NCBI GenBank assembly: GCA_964304625.1
Contig: OZ199839.1
Location: forward strand, 7,897,166 to 7,961,165
Origin: Kudoa neothunni
Taxonomy: Eukaryota; Animalia; Cnidaria
Reading direction: 5' to 3'
Length of the DNA stretch: 64,000 nucleotides
The notes under the pieces are model-generated. The model worked only from the letters and a program-made list of their open reading frames with translations. It was not told where the DNA came from and ran no database searches. Below, piece by piece: positions 1-14,564 of this stretch. The stretch's first letter is position 1. Each line of letters opens with the position of its first letter. A program made the translations under genes and the position numbers.

Positions 1-3000
1 TAATATATTCAATAAGATTGTTGGTAAAATGCAATTTGTCATAATTTAAAATATTCATATATATTTGTAAAATTTTTTAATTTCATAAAGTTATACAGAG
101 ATTATTGTCGCGTATTATCTAATAAATCATTATTGCCCTCATTTATAATTCAAAGATATATATAATTCAATAGAAAAAAATATATATATTAGAACTCAAT
201 TGGTTCTATATTTTCTTAAAAGTTTTAAATATTTCGGCATATTTAATAGTTTTGAACATGCGAAGTTACTGACAATATTGGCGGGCATGCACAAAAAAAA
301 TTGATCGATGTAAGCATATTGATTATATTAGGCCATTGCTTGAAAATAAACTAAAAAATAAAATTCCTACACATTTTAAAGATAAAATGAAATTTTTACA
401 TCATTTTGATACATACAAATAGGTTTTTTATCTAATTTTCATTTTCATTGTAATTTGATGATAATGACTGACAGAAATTTTTTTATCATTTTCATCACTT
501 AATCTAACCATTTTTACGTAATATATTATTTTCGGACGGAAAAAAAAAGATTCGATATAAAAGAGTTAATAGGAATTGTTGGGACTAAAAATGGGTATCG
601 CAGAGGCGTTATACCATTTAATACTCAAAATATTTATAGAGACAGCCATTATTAATTAATAATTGTCATTAAAAGGTAAACGAGACATAAAAGAAAGGAT
701 TTAGTTTTACTTTTATAAATAAATGTAAAATAACTAATCCTAAAATATTTACAAACAAATGTATGTAACCATTTCTATTGAGTTTAATGGCCTTGAATAA
801 TAAACGCTTCAAACAACGCTATGTTCGCAACAAATCACACTGTGTAAACAACCTTTATTGAATTTTGATGTTGCTTAATTACCCCTTACGTAGAAGATAG
901 ATAATGCAATTTGGACAATATTTAATTTTATCATGAAACAAGAAAATTTTCATTTATTCTACGGATACATAATGTTTGAAACCTTATGAGAAAGAAATTC
1001 TTAAAAAAATCAAAACCAATAAAACGCCGATCATTAATCATTAAATCGATAAAAAGGTAAAGTTATAAAGCACAAACAGCTTTCTTCGAAGTATTTTTCT
1101 AGCGAGGCCAAATGAGTAACGATAGTTGATTATTGGTTCCAATAGGGTTGGGGTTATTTTGAGAGTGAGACAACATTTTTTTTCTTAAAATAACGTTAGG
1201 CTGGTGTAACTAAGAAACATAATTATACCTTATCAATGGTCGACGATATAGACAAATGATTGCAAGCAAGGAGCAAATGTTTCTTCTCAATCTCGCTTAG
1301 GTCATCTGGAAGATTAAGCTGGCTGATTTGGGGAGCATTTTTAAATTTACTTTAAAAATAAATTCTAAAAATGGAATAATAACATGAAGCATATTACTAT
1401 AATTTTTGATGAAAATGATCGTAAAGATCCTGACGATACATCGAGGTTTGGGCGAAACGCTCCAATTCGATTTTGTCACATTCTGAATCTATTCATCCAA
1501 ATGTTGTACATGTTAAAAATAAATTTAAAGGTTAAATTAAATTTCAGTTTACCAGTCACTCCAAACATTTTTTTAGTAAAATCCTTCAAATGCTTATTAC
1601 AGACTCCCATAAGTCTAGACAAACATCCATCAAGCTACATGAAAATTATTCTATCAAACATACGCATCGAGAGCTTTGAGTTCGTTGCACACGCCTACAT
1701 TGTTAGGAGAAAGTTCTAGACATTTGTTCAGATGAGATCTTGCTTTATCAAAATCTATTATGGATTTATATGCCTAATAATTTTTGAGAATTAAAACCCC
1801 TTCACCACAACAACAAATTACCTGACCAAGACGAAAGTGAGCTTTCATATTATCAGAGTCCATACTGAGAACCTAAAGTATATTTACACAATGTTCAACC
1901 AATATAACTAAAGGGGAAAAATATAATCATCAATTATTGATTATTTCAATAGAGCTTTAAGATATACTGTGTAATTTTTTAGATCAACGATTATTACATA
2001 GCTTGAATCATTGGTTCCCAATCTTTTTATTTTTAATAAAGCCCTATCTCTAGGTTACGTCTATTGTTACCAAGCTAATTTTAGCCGAAGTAATAAAATA
2101 CTACTTTTATAACATTGTAGGCCATACTCATGATACGTAAAAATGATTTTTTAAATATACTTAATGTAAATACATAGTTATATAAAATACAATATTAATA
2201 TGAAAATAATATGATTTTTCTTGCTTTGAACAAATATTTATGGAATTACTTCGTTAAATCGTAACCAGATCAATTAACCATCTATGTATGTATTAAATTC
2301 ACAGACATATTTTTTGTTTTTCACATTTTTCAAGCAAAATAAACTTAAAAACGTTTCCTTAAACACCAAATTCTCCATCAGTAGATTAAGATAATGATTT
2401 TTTGTTGAAATACACGAATAAAATTATAATTGGTTTAATCAAAAGAATAGCAATGTGTAGCATTATAATTTTTGTATTATCTATGATTGAAATCAAATCA
2501 TTTTTTTCATCGAGAATTTTATCACAAAATTCTGCATTTAAAATATAGCGTGAGGTCAGCTGTCCTATCTATTTTTAACTGGTTGTTGGATAAGTCATTT
2601 ATTTAGGAATAATCACTCTAAAATAGTTTTCTAGCAGGTCAAATATTCAAAAATAAAGTCAATCCAGACAAAGAAATGCCTAGCAAAAAAAACTTTAGGC
2701 CTCGTACAACCGTCTAAAAAAGAATATTGATAAAATTATCACATTATGATCTTCGTTTCTATAAATTTGTTTTTTATAAAGCTCTCATATTTTCATTAGA
2801 TTCAATTATATTGAGCCAAACTCCCCTAATTTTTAAATTGAGAGAGAATACTGCGTTGAAGATTTGAAAAAAATTTAAACTACGAACTAGCACTAAAACA
2901 CGAGTATTCTTGTAATATGAAATTTTCTTTTTACAATGAATAATTATTATATATAAAAAATTGAAAACTACAAAATTTGGTTAAAAACCACTTCAATAAG

Positions 3001-3559
3001 CTAAAAAGCTATATTCAAAGGTTTAAATTAATTTTTTGATTAAAAAATAATCAAATATTCCATTTAAATATATGTATTCTAATAAAAATATATAAAGTGG
3101 AAGGATATCAACTAATTATTAATTTATTTCCCAAATAATAAATGAAAAAATACATATAAATAGATCCAAAATGCTAAACAGAATGACATACTGCATAAAA
3201 ATTAATCATAATAATAAAATTTAAGAAAAAATATTAATTATTCATTAAGAAATAGCACAAAGAAATATATGAGGTGGAAGTTTTATAGCAGGAAGAAACA
3301 ATTATTGTAATCCTTTGCAGAAAATATATAAATTATCAAATTTTGAATGGAAGTTAAACAAATTTAAAAAAATAATATTTGAGCTATATAAAAAACGTTT
3401 AAATCAAGGAAATATTATTTTTTGTTAACTTTTATAAAATGTTTCAATACAAAAGTTGAAATATTATAAATACACCAACAGTTACGAATTAAGTATATTT
3501 AAGTATAAAATTATCAACAATATCCTCTTATAAATTAATTAATAATTTCCTACGATGAC

Positions 3560-4090
3560 TGCACACTTTAATGGTACAATTATTGTTGGATCCCTAGAAA
3601 ATGGAGATCTGCACAAGAAGATTTCCTCTAGTGAAAAATACATTTAATTCAACACGAAAAGGAAAACGCTTTTCCTTCAAAAATCAACAAAGTTCAGAAG
3701 GAGTTAAATCTAGAATTATTTCAAAATTTAACCTCTTCTTAATGCATATATTTTTTAAGATGGTCTTCAAAATAATATAAAAATTCTCATCCCACATGAC
3801 TTGCAATGATGTGGGATATACTTGTTTCCCGATCAATACGCTAATTCATACAATGCCATTAATGTTTGTTTATACAAAACAAATATTAATGGCAAGCAGG
3901 GCTATTGTTAATCAATTTATAATTACAGTTATGTTGAACTGAGCAATAGGTAATTTTATATTGATCATCTCCAATTAAATAGCTTTGCAAAATGTTTCTT
4001 CACTTTTATATACACCAGACTTGAACTGCTCAAGTGTAAATTGGGTGATAGAGCATTAAAGTCCCATGAATAACATCCACCGAATTCATT
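3560..4090 (-). pseudogene. Highly decayed reverse transcriptase remnant (Penelope/non-LTR-like)
   Basis: Minus-strand fragments SWDFNALSP (like SFDxxSLYT) and YKQT..NGI...ISHIIAS (like YxQxxGxAMGSPLSPIIAN), broken by stops and frameshifts. Confidence 0.3.
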
Positions 4091-4392
4091 TGTTATTTAA
4101 GATCCGTTCTTTACATATTAATATAACTATTATTTAATATTTTCTTAATTTAAATAAAATTGAATGCAAAGACAATAATCAATGTTAGAATGCGATTATA
4201 AAAAATGTGTTTCTGGTAATAAATCGTGAGTATCTTCTGACAACTGACGCAAATGTCCACAGAGTCACCTTATTACTTTTAATATAATAAATAAGATAAG
4301 AACAGAGCAATTAAAATATTTCTTATGCCTTATTTACAATTGTATCACCTAGTTACGGTAAGATGAAAAAACCCCTAATAAAACTCTCCACA

Positions 4393-5824
4393 TCAACTAA
4401 CGAAAGAAAGTAACCCGATTGGAAACCACAACTTTGATTTATTTAATCCCAGGAAGCTCGTGGAATGCTTTAATATACGAAAAACTACATAATTCACTAT
4501 ACCTTGTGGCACATATCAATAGCATGATCGTATTTTTTCAGCTGCATGCAACACAACGAAACATTCAGAAAAATTCTTTTGCACAACTCGTTCATGGTTT
4601 CCTCGTCGTCGTTATCGGCCAAACTGCAAGTTTCAGTTAAACGCAAAGCTTTACCATAACATCTAATGGCGGGCTTAGGATTGTGATTTTTGAAATGATC
4701 ATTTCCTTCCTACATCAACCGATAAATGCTCATTAACCAAATTATCGCATTATATTCAATTACCAAGATAAGAGTGTTGGCCACATGTACGATATCTCTA
4801 ATAGATAGAGAGCTTTGGTCGGTGCATTCATCGTTCTAAAAAAGAATAAAATCACACAACAATCCATCCAACACTAATCAAACTTTTTGCATAGTTTTGG
4901 TGTATTCGATCAAAGAAGTTCTATCGATGAATCCCAACATCTCAATTTCAAATAAAACTAATATTGAACAGATAAAACACCGTTCACACAACAAACAATC
5001 CAATGGGCTCACCATGCGAATGAGGAGGAATTCTGGGTGGGCAGCCAAATGCTCCATATGCGTAGTTAGGAGTCACCAAAAATTGAGCAGTTTCCCCTTT
5101 TTGCATGGATTTCAACCCAATCAACAATCCAGGAAGTCCATTTTCATCAGACCCCACTTTCATGAGACAATGTTTTCCTCGGGAAACAGTCGAATCAAAC
5201 GGATCGACTTCATCTCGTAAAAATGCCGAATAATGTACTATTATACTTATTAATACGGAGGATCTAGCACAACTGATTACTTCGACACAGCGCGTTAGAT
5301 GGACAAATTTGTCCATTACCGGCGCGAATAACCTTTTTGAATACACCTCCATCTCCTGATATATCTACCATTTTCCCAATCATACTATCAAAGTAGCACT
5401 AAATAAAAAGTTGAACGACCAAATCTATTAGTCAAATTGAGACGAGAGTACCTTTTCTTGCTGGTAGTGATCGTCATCCTCTTTTTCATTCCATGCAGCT
5501 GAATCATCCAAATCCTCAATATTAACTTCACCCGAGAATTGTTTGTTCGATTTATTATCTATGCAATAAATAAAATGATTCGATTACCCCCAACACAAAC
5601 AAAAAATATCACTGTCACCTTCAAATTCAACAATTTTCCCTCCATCCGGTAGTTCGCTTATTACTTTTTCATATTTCACATTATCCTTGTAACCCTTGGA
5701 AAAAATAATTTTATTTTACCACCCCCAGAAATACCGAAATCTCATCCAAAAGCAAATCGTCGGCCTCGTCAAAGTCCAACGATTGCACAAAGGCTTCAAG
5801 GGTTTCTTTAATAGAATCACTCAT
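4393..5824 (-). CDS. FKBP6: FKBP-type PPIase plus TPR co-chaperone, FKBP6/Shutdown-like, multi-exon; 3' end uncertain
   Basis: ATG at 5824 (MSDSIKETLEAF). Acidic N-terminus, then DGGVFKKVIRAGNG, VHYSAFL..DPFDST, GLLIGLKSMQKGETAQFLVTPNYAYGAFGCPPRIPP (FKBP6 hallmark), LFEIEML, and TPRs EGNDHFQ..AIRCYGKAL and IFLNVSLCCMQLKKYDHAIDMCHK. Confidence 0.8.
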
Positions 5825-6063
5825 TGATTTCTACGCAACGACACTCAAATATGGTAAACACTAGAGAGACCAACTACTAGCACACTCAAAACACAACTTT
5901 GGTCAGCTAAGCTGAATTTAAACAGGCGCTATTACTCTACTATATTAGTGTTTCAATTTTGGTGTTTTCGGTGTATATTTATTAATATTATAATTTATTG
6001 GTTTTGTTTTAAATTTATTGTCGTTTAGTTGTTATTGTATGTCAATATTAAAATAGAATTTCT

Positions 6064-7119
6064 GGCAAAATTACAGTGACCGTGTATCCAATCGACGATT
6101 TTCGGGTGGTCTCGATTCTGTCTAACGCGATGCAATCAAATAAAAAAATATTTACATTAGAGAATATTGATGAGATTTTAAACTTAGATTATGATTATTT
6201 TTGCGATGACATTGAATATAAAATAATTACAACGCAAAATCTGAGGCTTAAGAAGAGTTATTCAAAATGTTTTTATGGCGGTCGAACGTTTCTAATTAAA
6301 AGAAAAGACGCCGATGATGGATATTAATACAAGTGCATTTCATGCAAAAAAAAATAGTCGATACGAAATGGAACTATTTTTGAAATTTCTCGACTTCCTT
6401 TGTGGAAAATTTTTATTTTTAGAGTAACAGTAATCCAAAATCTTTCAATGACCTACTATCATATTCATAAACACACTAAAATTTCTTAAAATTCCACCAT
6501 AAATGATTGGAAAAACGTCATTACAGAATTTATGGCGTCCAAACTAGATGAGGAATTTTCAAAAATAGGCGGGAAGGGTGTTTAGTACAAATAGATGAGA
6601 CCGTCATATCAAAAAGGAAATTCAACGTTGGAAGAATTCTTCGTAATCAACGATATTGGATGATGGGAGGAATTGAAGAAAACGGGAATTTCTTTTTGAA
6701 AATAACTCAAAAAAGAAACAGGGACATTCTAGAAAGAATATTTATTGAGAATGTAGAGGAAGGGTCAACTATTTGGACCGATGGTTGGAAAAGGTACAAC
6801 AGTTTGAAGGATCTAGGTTTTATTCATGGTACCGTTATCCATAAAAGAAGGTTTGTTTCCATTGAAGGGGTACATAGTAAAAAAATAGAGTGTACATGGG
6901 GCTTTTGAAAGAAAATATAGGAACGCCACAAATAAAACCCCAGCGACCCTTGCTAACTATGTTGTTGATTTTATGTTTTGAAAAAAAATATACTGGAATA
7001 GAATTATCAACTTTATTTAAATATAAAATGGTTTTTAAGTAGTAAAAATTGATTTTTCCTACATTTTACAAAGTGTTTAATTTTTCACAGATTGGATGCA
7101 CGGTCAATGTAAATTAGCC
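6064..7119 (+). mobile_element. Merlin (IS1595/ISXO2-like) DNA transposon, full length, transposase inactivated
   Basis: 30-bp imperfect TIRs GGCAAAATTACAGTGACCGTGTATCCAATC / GATTGGATGCACGGTCAATGTAAATTAGCC. Perfect 8-bp TSD GAATTTCT (6056-6063, 7120-7127). Motifs KIGG..VQIDET, WMMGGIE, TIWTDGWKRY, GVHSKKIECTW with stops and frameshifts. Confidence 0.93.
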
Positions 7120-9534
7120 GAATTTCTATATGTATGTTCACTCTTTATAACATTAGCTGCACAGTGGATATTGTGTAAATTCCATCTTATTTAATAAATA
7201 AAATTTTAACGATAATTATTGCATTTTAAAATTTTTAAAAATATAAGATGAATATATTTTGTAATAAAATAATTTAAGAAATTATTAAATTTCAAAAAAA
7301 GAATAAATATCAGCTCGATATTATGACATATAACATTTTACAGCTTATTTTAAATGTATTATACAAAATAAAAATTATCATTTTTTAAAAAATAATTTTA
7401 AATTAAGATTAATCGGATAAAATTAAATCAATATAATTTACGTCATTTTCAAAACAATGGTTAAATCAACTTTTTATGACAAATCGCCATTACGTTAATC
7501 TGATTAATCTGATTAATCTTACTAATCTTACTTTTGTGGTATAATATTTAGCACTCCCGGTCCTAGATGAGTTTCTGCCTCACCACTAAACGGACGTTTT
7601 CTTTAATAATTAGATGTTATTTTATTTTCTAGCATTAAAATACCTTAATATGTTTCATTAAAAAAATTAAACTTAACTATTCTAAATATGAGTACATTTT
7701 AAATTGAATATCTATTATAGACATTAGCGCAAACTGCCCAGCGTTTCTTGGGAAGATTTCGCATAGATACACTTCTTAATAACATTCACAAAATAAATTG
7801 AAATCGTGAATTAACCCATAGAAGAAAAATAACTAAAAAATTTTAAGTATCATACATTAACGATTTGGATTGACCAAATTTAATTATGATCAATTCTGTG
7901 AAGGTACGTATCAATCCCGGCGTTCATTTAAAAATTTCATGACTCGGCACTAATGCTAAATAATTTAAGATCCGCGTCATTATTTTCTACATTCCCGAAT
8001 TATTTAAATTACCTTAAAGTGTTGTCTAAAATGTTATTTTTTGGCCTGTGGATTTTTCAAAGCCGACTCTGGTCCGACTTAGAAAATATTTGTCATTATT
8101 TTCTGGGGAGGTAAAAAAATAGAAATGGAAGAAAATTTACGATAATTGATTTTTAGTGCTCAAATTATTATCCCTTGTCCTGACATGAACATTAATGCAT
8201 TATTTCTCATAAACACTTTTAGATCGAGTCAATATCAACATAAATAATTAAAATAATAAGATGAAGTAAAAGTACAACCATCTGAATTGAATTTAATCAC
8301 AGAAAGTTAAACTTAGCTGGCGACTTCAATAAAATCTACAGACAGGGTGTTTGTATTATAATACTTAAATAAATATAATTTTAACGTTTTCCACCAATTA
8401 GTTATTCATGAAACGTATATAGATTTTTTATCTTATCTAAAACAATCAATAGAACCTTCGAATGTGTTTATCATGTCAAATACGTTAAAACTCCACAAAT
8501 AAGGAGTGTATCTGCGCAAACTCTCAAATATACATGCCAACATTATATAAAAAGTCAGATAACAACAGTTAATCAACATTTGATATAGCAAATAAGGAGG
8601 AAAATTAACTTCAACCGACCATCAGCAGGCCATAAGTAGGTGTTAATCCTATTGTTGAACTAAAATAATCCGTTGAACAAATTTGAATCGACGAATTCAC
8701 CATTTCTAAACTCTTTTGGAAACATTCAATAGTGTGAAAACGATTGAAAGATTTTTATAAACATTATGATTTTTAAAAAATTTCGACGCACATGCGTACT
8801 TGCTGACTCACACATGGACACTTCAGTGTTATATGTATAGTGGATAATAGATAGTGGATTGAAAATAGAATATTAATGGGATATATTTCACATATTTTTA
8901 TTTTTTACAATATAAAAGCTGAATATACACCAATATTTTTAATTATATCCTTGGAGGGACTAACAAAAAACAGTTTGGAGACCCATAGCCCAGATAATTG
9001 CAATCTGTTCTATGAGGTTAGCTATTGAAAAGCTTGTAATTGGTATTTCGCATGCATGTGCGATGACCAATTGCTCTGGGTATGCAGCGAAGGGATTATC
9101 ATATAGAAGAAAGCGTTTCTGAAATTTCGACTATTTTTTACAACATAAAATGGTCGCAATATATTTTTATCGTTAAATACGCGTAAATAGGGGTGAATAT
9201 TTTAGCTTTAATATAATTATCTAGAGAATTAATTGATTTAAAAACAATAAAAATATTTTAATCAACAAAATTTCGTTATGTATGTTAAATAAGCGACGTA
9301 TATTTCAATGTTCAAAATTATTTTCGAGATATTCTCACCATAAACCCAATTATTTATAACCATCATTTATATGTTAATTAAGATGCCTAATTTTATTTTA
9401 TAAATTAATTAATTAACTTTAACGTTGTGACCGCATTTAATAAAATTTAACAAACGACTATATAGGAAAAAGTTTGTCAATATTTTCCGGTTGTCTTTGA
9501 CTATTTTATTATGAATTTCAATGCTTAAATTCTT

Positions 9535-9920
9535 CTAAGTGTCAAATAGCAGATCAATTCTGGTAGATCCAAACGTTTTCAATAATATTTGATTATGATA
9601 TTGTTTTGCAGATCGCTCATATTTATTCAAAGTAGAATATCCTTCTTTCAACCAGATATTTTCATTAAGCGCCGAAAATAAATAACAGGAAAAGGAAATA
9701 AAAAAGTTTTTTGTTGTAGTACATCCACACAACCATTCTTTCCTCTCGTACCATATACTATGAAAGGTACGATTAATTTTCTCTCCTTTCTATTATTTAA
9801 GTTCATAAAGCTTTGGTGTTGGTCTACAATTTGTTGTGATTCTCATCTTTTCTTCGTAGGGAAGTTTTAAAAAGTGTTTGGGATAGTGATTATCCATGTT
9901 TAAAAGCAGCATGATAAAAT
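9535..9920 (-). pseudogene. Possible very old Merlin-type transposase remnant
   Basis: Weak resemblance of WLCG..KNFFI and IWLKEGYSTL to the WVFGG..FF and IxSDxWxxYxxL motifs. No termini found. Confidence 0.2.
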
Positions 9921-10663
9921 CAAAAAACACTTCAACAGATAATCAAAATAGAGATTAGGAATAATTTATTTGTAAATTGCATTTTCTCCGAAATATTACC
10001 TAATTTTATCGCTTCGGAGACACTGATTAAAATTTGGATATTTAATAATTCAAAAAATAACTAGAATTTCGCGTATGAGAGATGCAAATAGGCTCCCCTT
10101 ACTGTACATTGTCACGTGACTATGTAGGGTATGTCGAACTTAGTTTGCACATCCTGGCTAGTACAAAAAATAGAGATGCGTGGAATCGCACCGCACGTAC
10201 CAGTTACGCGCGTCTACCTTTACCTAAATATTTGAAACTTTTTTATTTTATATATATTTTTATAATATGTATATATACACTCACAGTTGAAATTTTTTTA
10301 TTGATATCTATTGGAAGTTGGCAAATCAAGCATCGCTGACTTTAATGTGCCAATGCTTTACACACCTGGACCTATGAAAATTATTCTATGTCGAGTTATT
10401 TCGGACTATTATTGATTCTGATTTATATATTTAAACTAATACTGAGATAAATGCGAATCATTTTTTTATTTGCGTAAAATATTGATTCAAACATTATTTA
10501 TTTTTGAGTCGGTAATATCCCATTAATTCTCATGTTACACCCTGCAATGTAGGTACAAAAATTTTCCAACCCAACCTATTCCAGGGTACACAGTGCATAC
10601 TCCTTCCCCGGGCACGTGACTGGTATTTCGTACATGCACGTATTCGTCTGAGATAATTTAAGA

Positions 10664-11532
10664 AAGGGGCTGTCAAAGATTTTAACTGACGGGCCAAATT
10701 TTTGATTTTCATCAGCTTTAAGGGCCGGATTAAAAAGTTTTCTTCGAAATACAGTTATAAAAATGAACCAAAAATACTACAAGTTGAAAAAAAATAATGA
10801 ATGTGAACCAGTAAACAGATTCCTGTGGGAGGATTTAGTATATTTCAATTTTGAGGCTTCAGTGAGATTACGAACCATAATCCATTGTGTGTTGTATAAT
10901 TCAAAAAATCATGAACTAGGTTAAATTTGTGGTTGTAATGAAGAATAACATTTTTTTCAAGCATAAAATTCATAGTTTATTTATATTATCATAGTAAAAA
11001 GTTGTGTAGATGCTAATAAGGTGTTCATTTGTTGTCTCACATATTTTTATTATAGCTTTATTAACCACCCACACTTTAGAGATAGGTCCATAATTTTGTA
11101 AAATACTGTACATGATGCTAGAAAATATCTAAGGAATGACGATTATTGCTTTATCGTTTAAAATTTTTAGTGTCCAATCAATTAAACTCAATCCGATTAA
11201 AAAATAGAGCTAATCTATATAATTTTTAGGTTTAAATACTTAATAACTTTAAACTATTAGAAGCATAGGAGTCGAATAAACCTTGAAACATGTATCTTAT
11301 CGATTTGTACGTTTTACGTTCAGAATCTTACTATACTAGTGTATTGATGTTCTCTTCTGTTTCAATTAGGATAAAATAAAAACGTTAAAGGGATTAAATG
11401 AGTAATTTAAGTTAACATTCATCTACCAAAGTAATTTATTGATAGTGTTCAAACAATTCAACACAATTTCGCGTGTGCAAGCGCCTTCGAATGTTAGGCT
11501 GGACACCACGGGTCGTAGTTTGGCGACCCCTG
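10664..11532. mobile_element. Non-autonomous hAT (Buster/Charlie-type) element
   Basis: Ends aAGGGGCTGTCAAA... and ...TTTGGCGACCCCTG. Subterminal GGGCC motifs. 8-bp TSD with central TA, ATTTAAGA / ATTTAAGG. Confidence 0.6.
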
Positions 11533-12115
11533 ATTTAAGGAATGACTAATGATTGAGTCGTTTTATTTTGAATTTAAAATTATTAGATAGAAAATAAATT
11601 TGAAAAAAAATTAAATACACATCTTAGATATAAACAGACAATATTTTATTTGGACGATGTACGATTTGAGTGAGCTCAGAAGGTTAAAGATAATAACACT
11701 AAGATTAGACGAATTTAACTTGGTTATATCAAATTTGATTAGACCCAATTATAATCAGAGAATCATGGGAGCGCAGCCGTACATGAGAGTCGCGATTGAA
11801 AAAACGCACGCACAGAATAAGTATCATTTCTGCGATCAGTTATAATAAAACTGTGTTACTACTTAAACTTTGAATAATTAAAAAAAAGTTGTAATCGTTA
11901 GACAAGCGTAATTAGTTGTGACGCTATTTAGCAAAATGCACGCATAATCAACGTATCAATTTATGAAAAACTATATTCTCATGTAATGTATTAGTTGAAG
12001 TTCCATAATTATTCAAGGTGGGCATATAACCTTCAGACAACCGTCTCACAAGAAACCACATGCTCGTATGGTTTCGCCAACCTTCGACGTCATATAGCGT
12101 GAGGTTCTGTCGATC

Positions 12116-12955
<840 letters not shown>

Positions 12956-14564
12956 TCTATTTGAGACTGCTACTTTTAGTTGTAGTTACACCCGCGTAGT
13001 CTTTTTGAAAGTTGTATTTGTTTTTTAGCGTTTGCTCGAGTTTAAGTTTAAACATTATTATTAATATCGATAATTGGTTATACAATGTATATATGTGAGT
13101 TTCTCGTTTGAATTTAATGTTTTATTATTTCCAAAATTATATATGACGCAACCCAAAATTTAAAAAAGCTTTAACATCACTCCCAATTTAATCTCGCACC
13201 CACGAAAAATTAAGAAACTGAGATGGATTATCACATACATTAATACATTAGTTAACCAAGTTGTAGTACCGACGACGGATTAAAGGAAAACACAGAAAGC
13301 GTTGCGTTTGCTAAGAATTTGGTTTTTTGGGTGATCGTTAAATTAAGCTTAGGATATTCTCATTGTGACATTTTTGAATGTAAGAGTTTATTTTATACCC
13401 TTTCGAATCAATGATTAACCTTCGAACTCGAAAACCTGGAGGTAGCCAATCAGTGCTTATTAGATTATTAGCTTATTAATCGATAACTTTCACAAAATAT
13501 TTTGTTTCTCTGCATGTAGTTTATAGTATAAAGGTGCTTTTAAAAATAATTAAATAATGGAGTTTACGTTTAATTTTTTCGCTTAAAATCAAATGGACAA
13601 ATTACACACACCTGAATATGCCCATCAACTAAATGTTTAGAGTGTTAAAATGTATAAAAAAGCTCTAATACAATAAAATAAAAATTATTAGTGTACTTTG
13701 AAGGAAGGAATTTTTTAAATTAGACTAATATTAAAATTTTTAACAATTTGAATTTTATTTTTTTCAACAAATAATCTAACTATAATTTAAAACATTTTTT
13801 AGTTTGTCCATTAGGATGAAAAATGGCAACGAAAGGATTAAAATAATTACATGAATGATTGGATTATGCATAAAAACAAAAGGGGGTCCGTACACAAGGG
13901 AGAAAGGTCAAGAACCACTGTCTTAAGGTATTCATTATGCATCCCCCGATCTGGGTGGGTTCATAAATTTATTGTAAACCGAATGAATTATATTATTCAA
14001 TAATACACTTAAAGTAAAATAAGCATGGATAAATAGTCATAAATAAATCGTTAGAATAAAACTTTATTTTCCAGCGAGGCGCACACATGCAAATACACGA
14101 TAAATCAGTTATCTATTGTGTTTAAATAAAAATATTTAATGCGTTTTTAAATTATTAACAACCAGATGTAAAAAATCATTTCGTCTTAATCATAACAACT
14201 CAAACTCCTTGCGATTTATTATTTATGTAATTATATCCATGTTAAATAAAAAGTGAATTTTTGTAATTGTGACATATTCCATTTATTTTATTTATTTCTG
14301 AAATATGCTGCGCATTTTTTAAATTTTAACAATATGATTTTGGTTCTAACAATTTTATTGACTTTAGTTCATTCGTTTCCCACACAAATAAATTTTAAGT
14401 GTGTTGGAAATTAATTTTTAATTGCAAAATACACATTGAATAAATAAAGCATCAATATCAAATTTAGAACATTTTCCAAATCAAATATAAAATCAGAAAG
14501 ATAATATTAATGCTAGAATAAACGATCTGAGGGGAATTTATAAGGAATATACAACGATTCAAAA

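Noticed and set aside
1297-1900. ORFs 1384-1719 and 1297-1479 as genes
   Set aside because: No recognisable domain or exon structure. At most a faint retroelement remnant.
6064-7119. Bacterial IS1595/IS630 contamination or recent horizontal transfer (also 56789-58356)
   Set aside because: The elements have TSDs in host DNA, host-like AT content, decay and (for the Tc1-like one) probable introns. They fit the eukaryotic Merlin and Tc1/IS630 superfamilies.
2543-12105. Identical 14-mer ATATAGCGTGAGGT at 2543 and just upstream of RPL10 (12092)
   Set aside because: A single 14-nt match is plausible by chance in 64 kb, and no gene follows the first copy.
13260-13930. Isolated TE-like termini (CGACGGATTAA, GGTCAAGAACCACTG) and a weak inverted pair at about 26390-26940
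   Set aside because: No partner end or TSD could be established.
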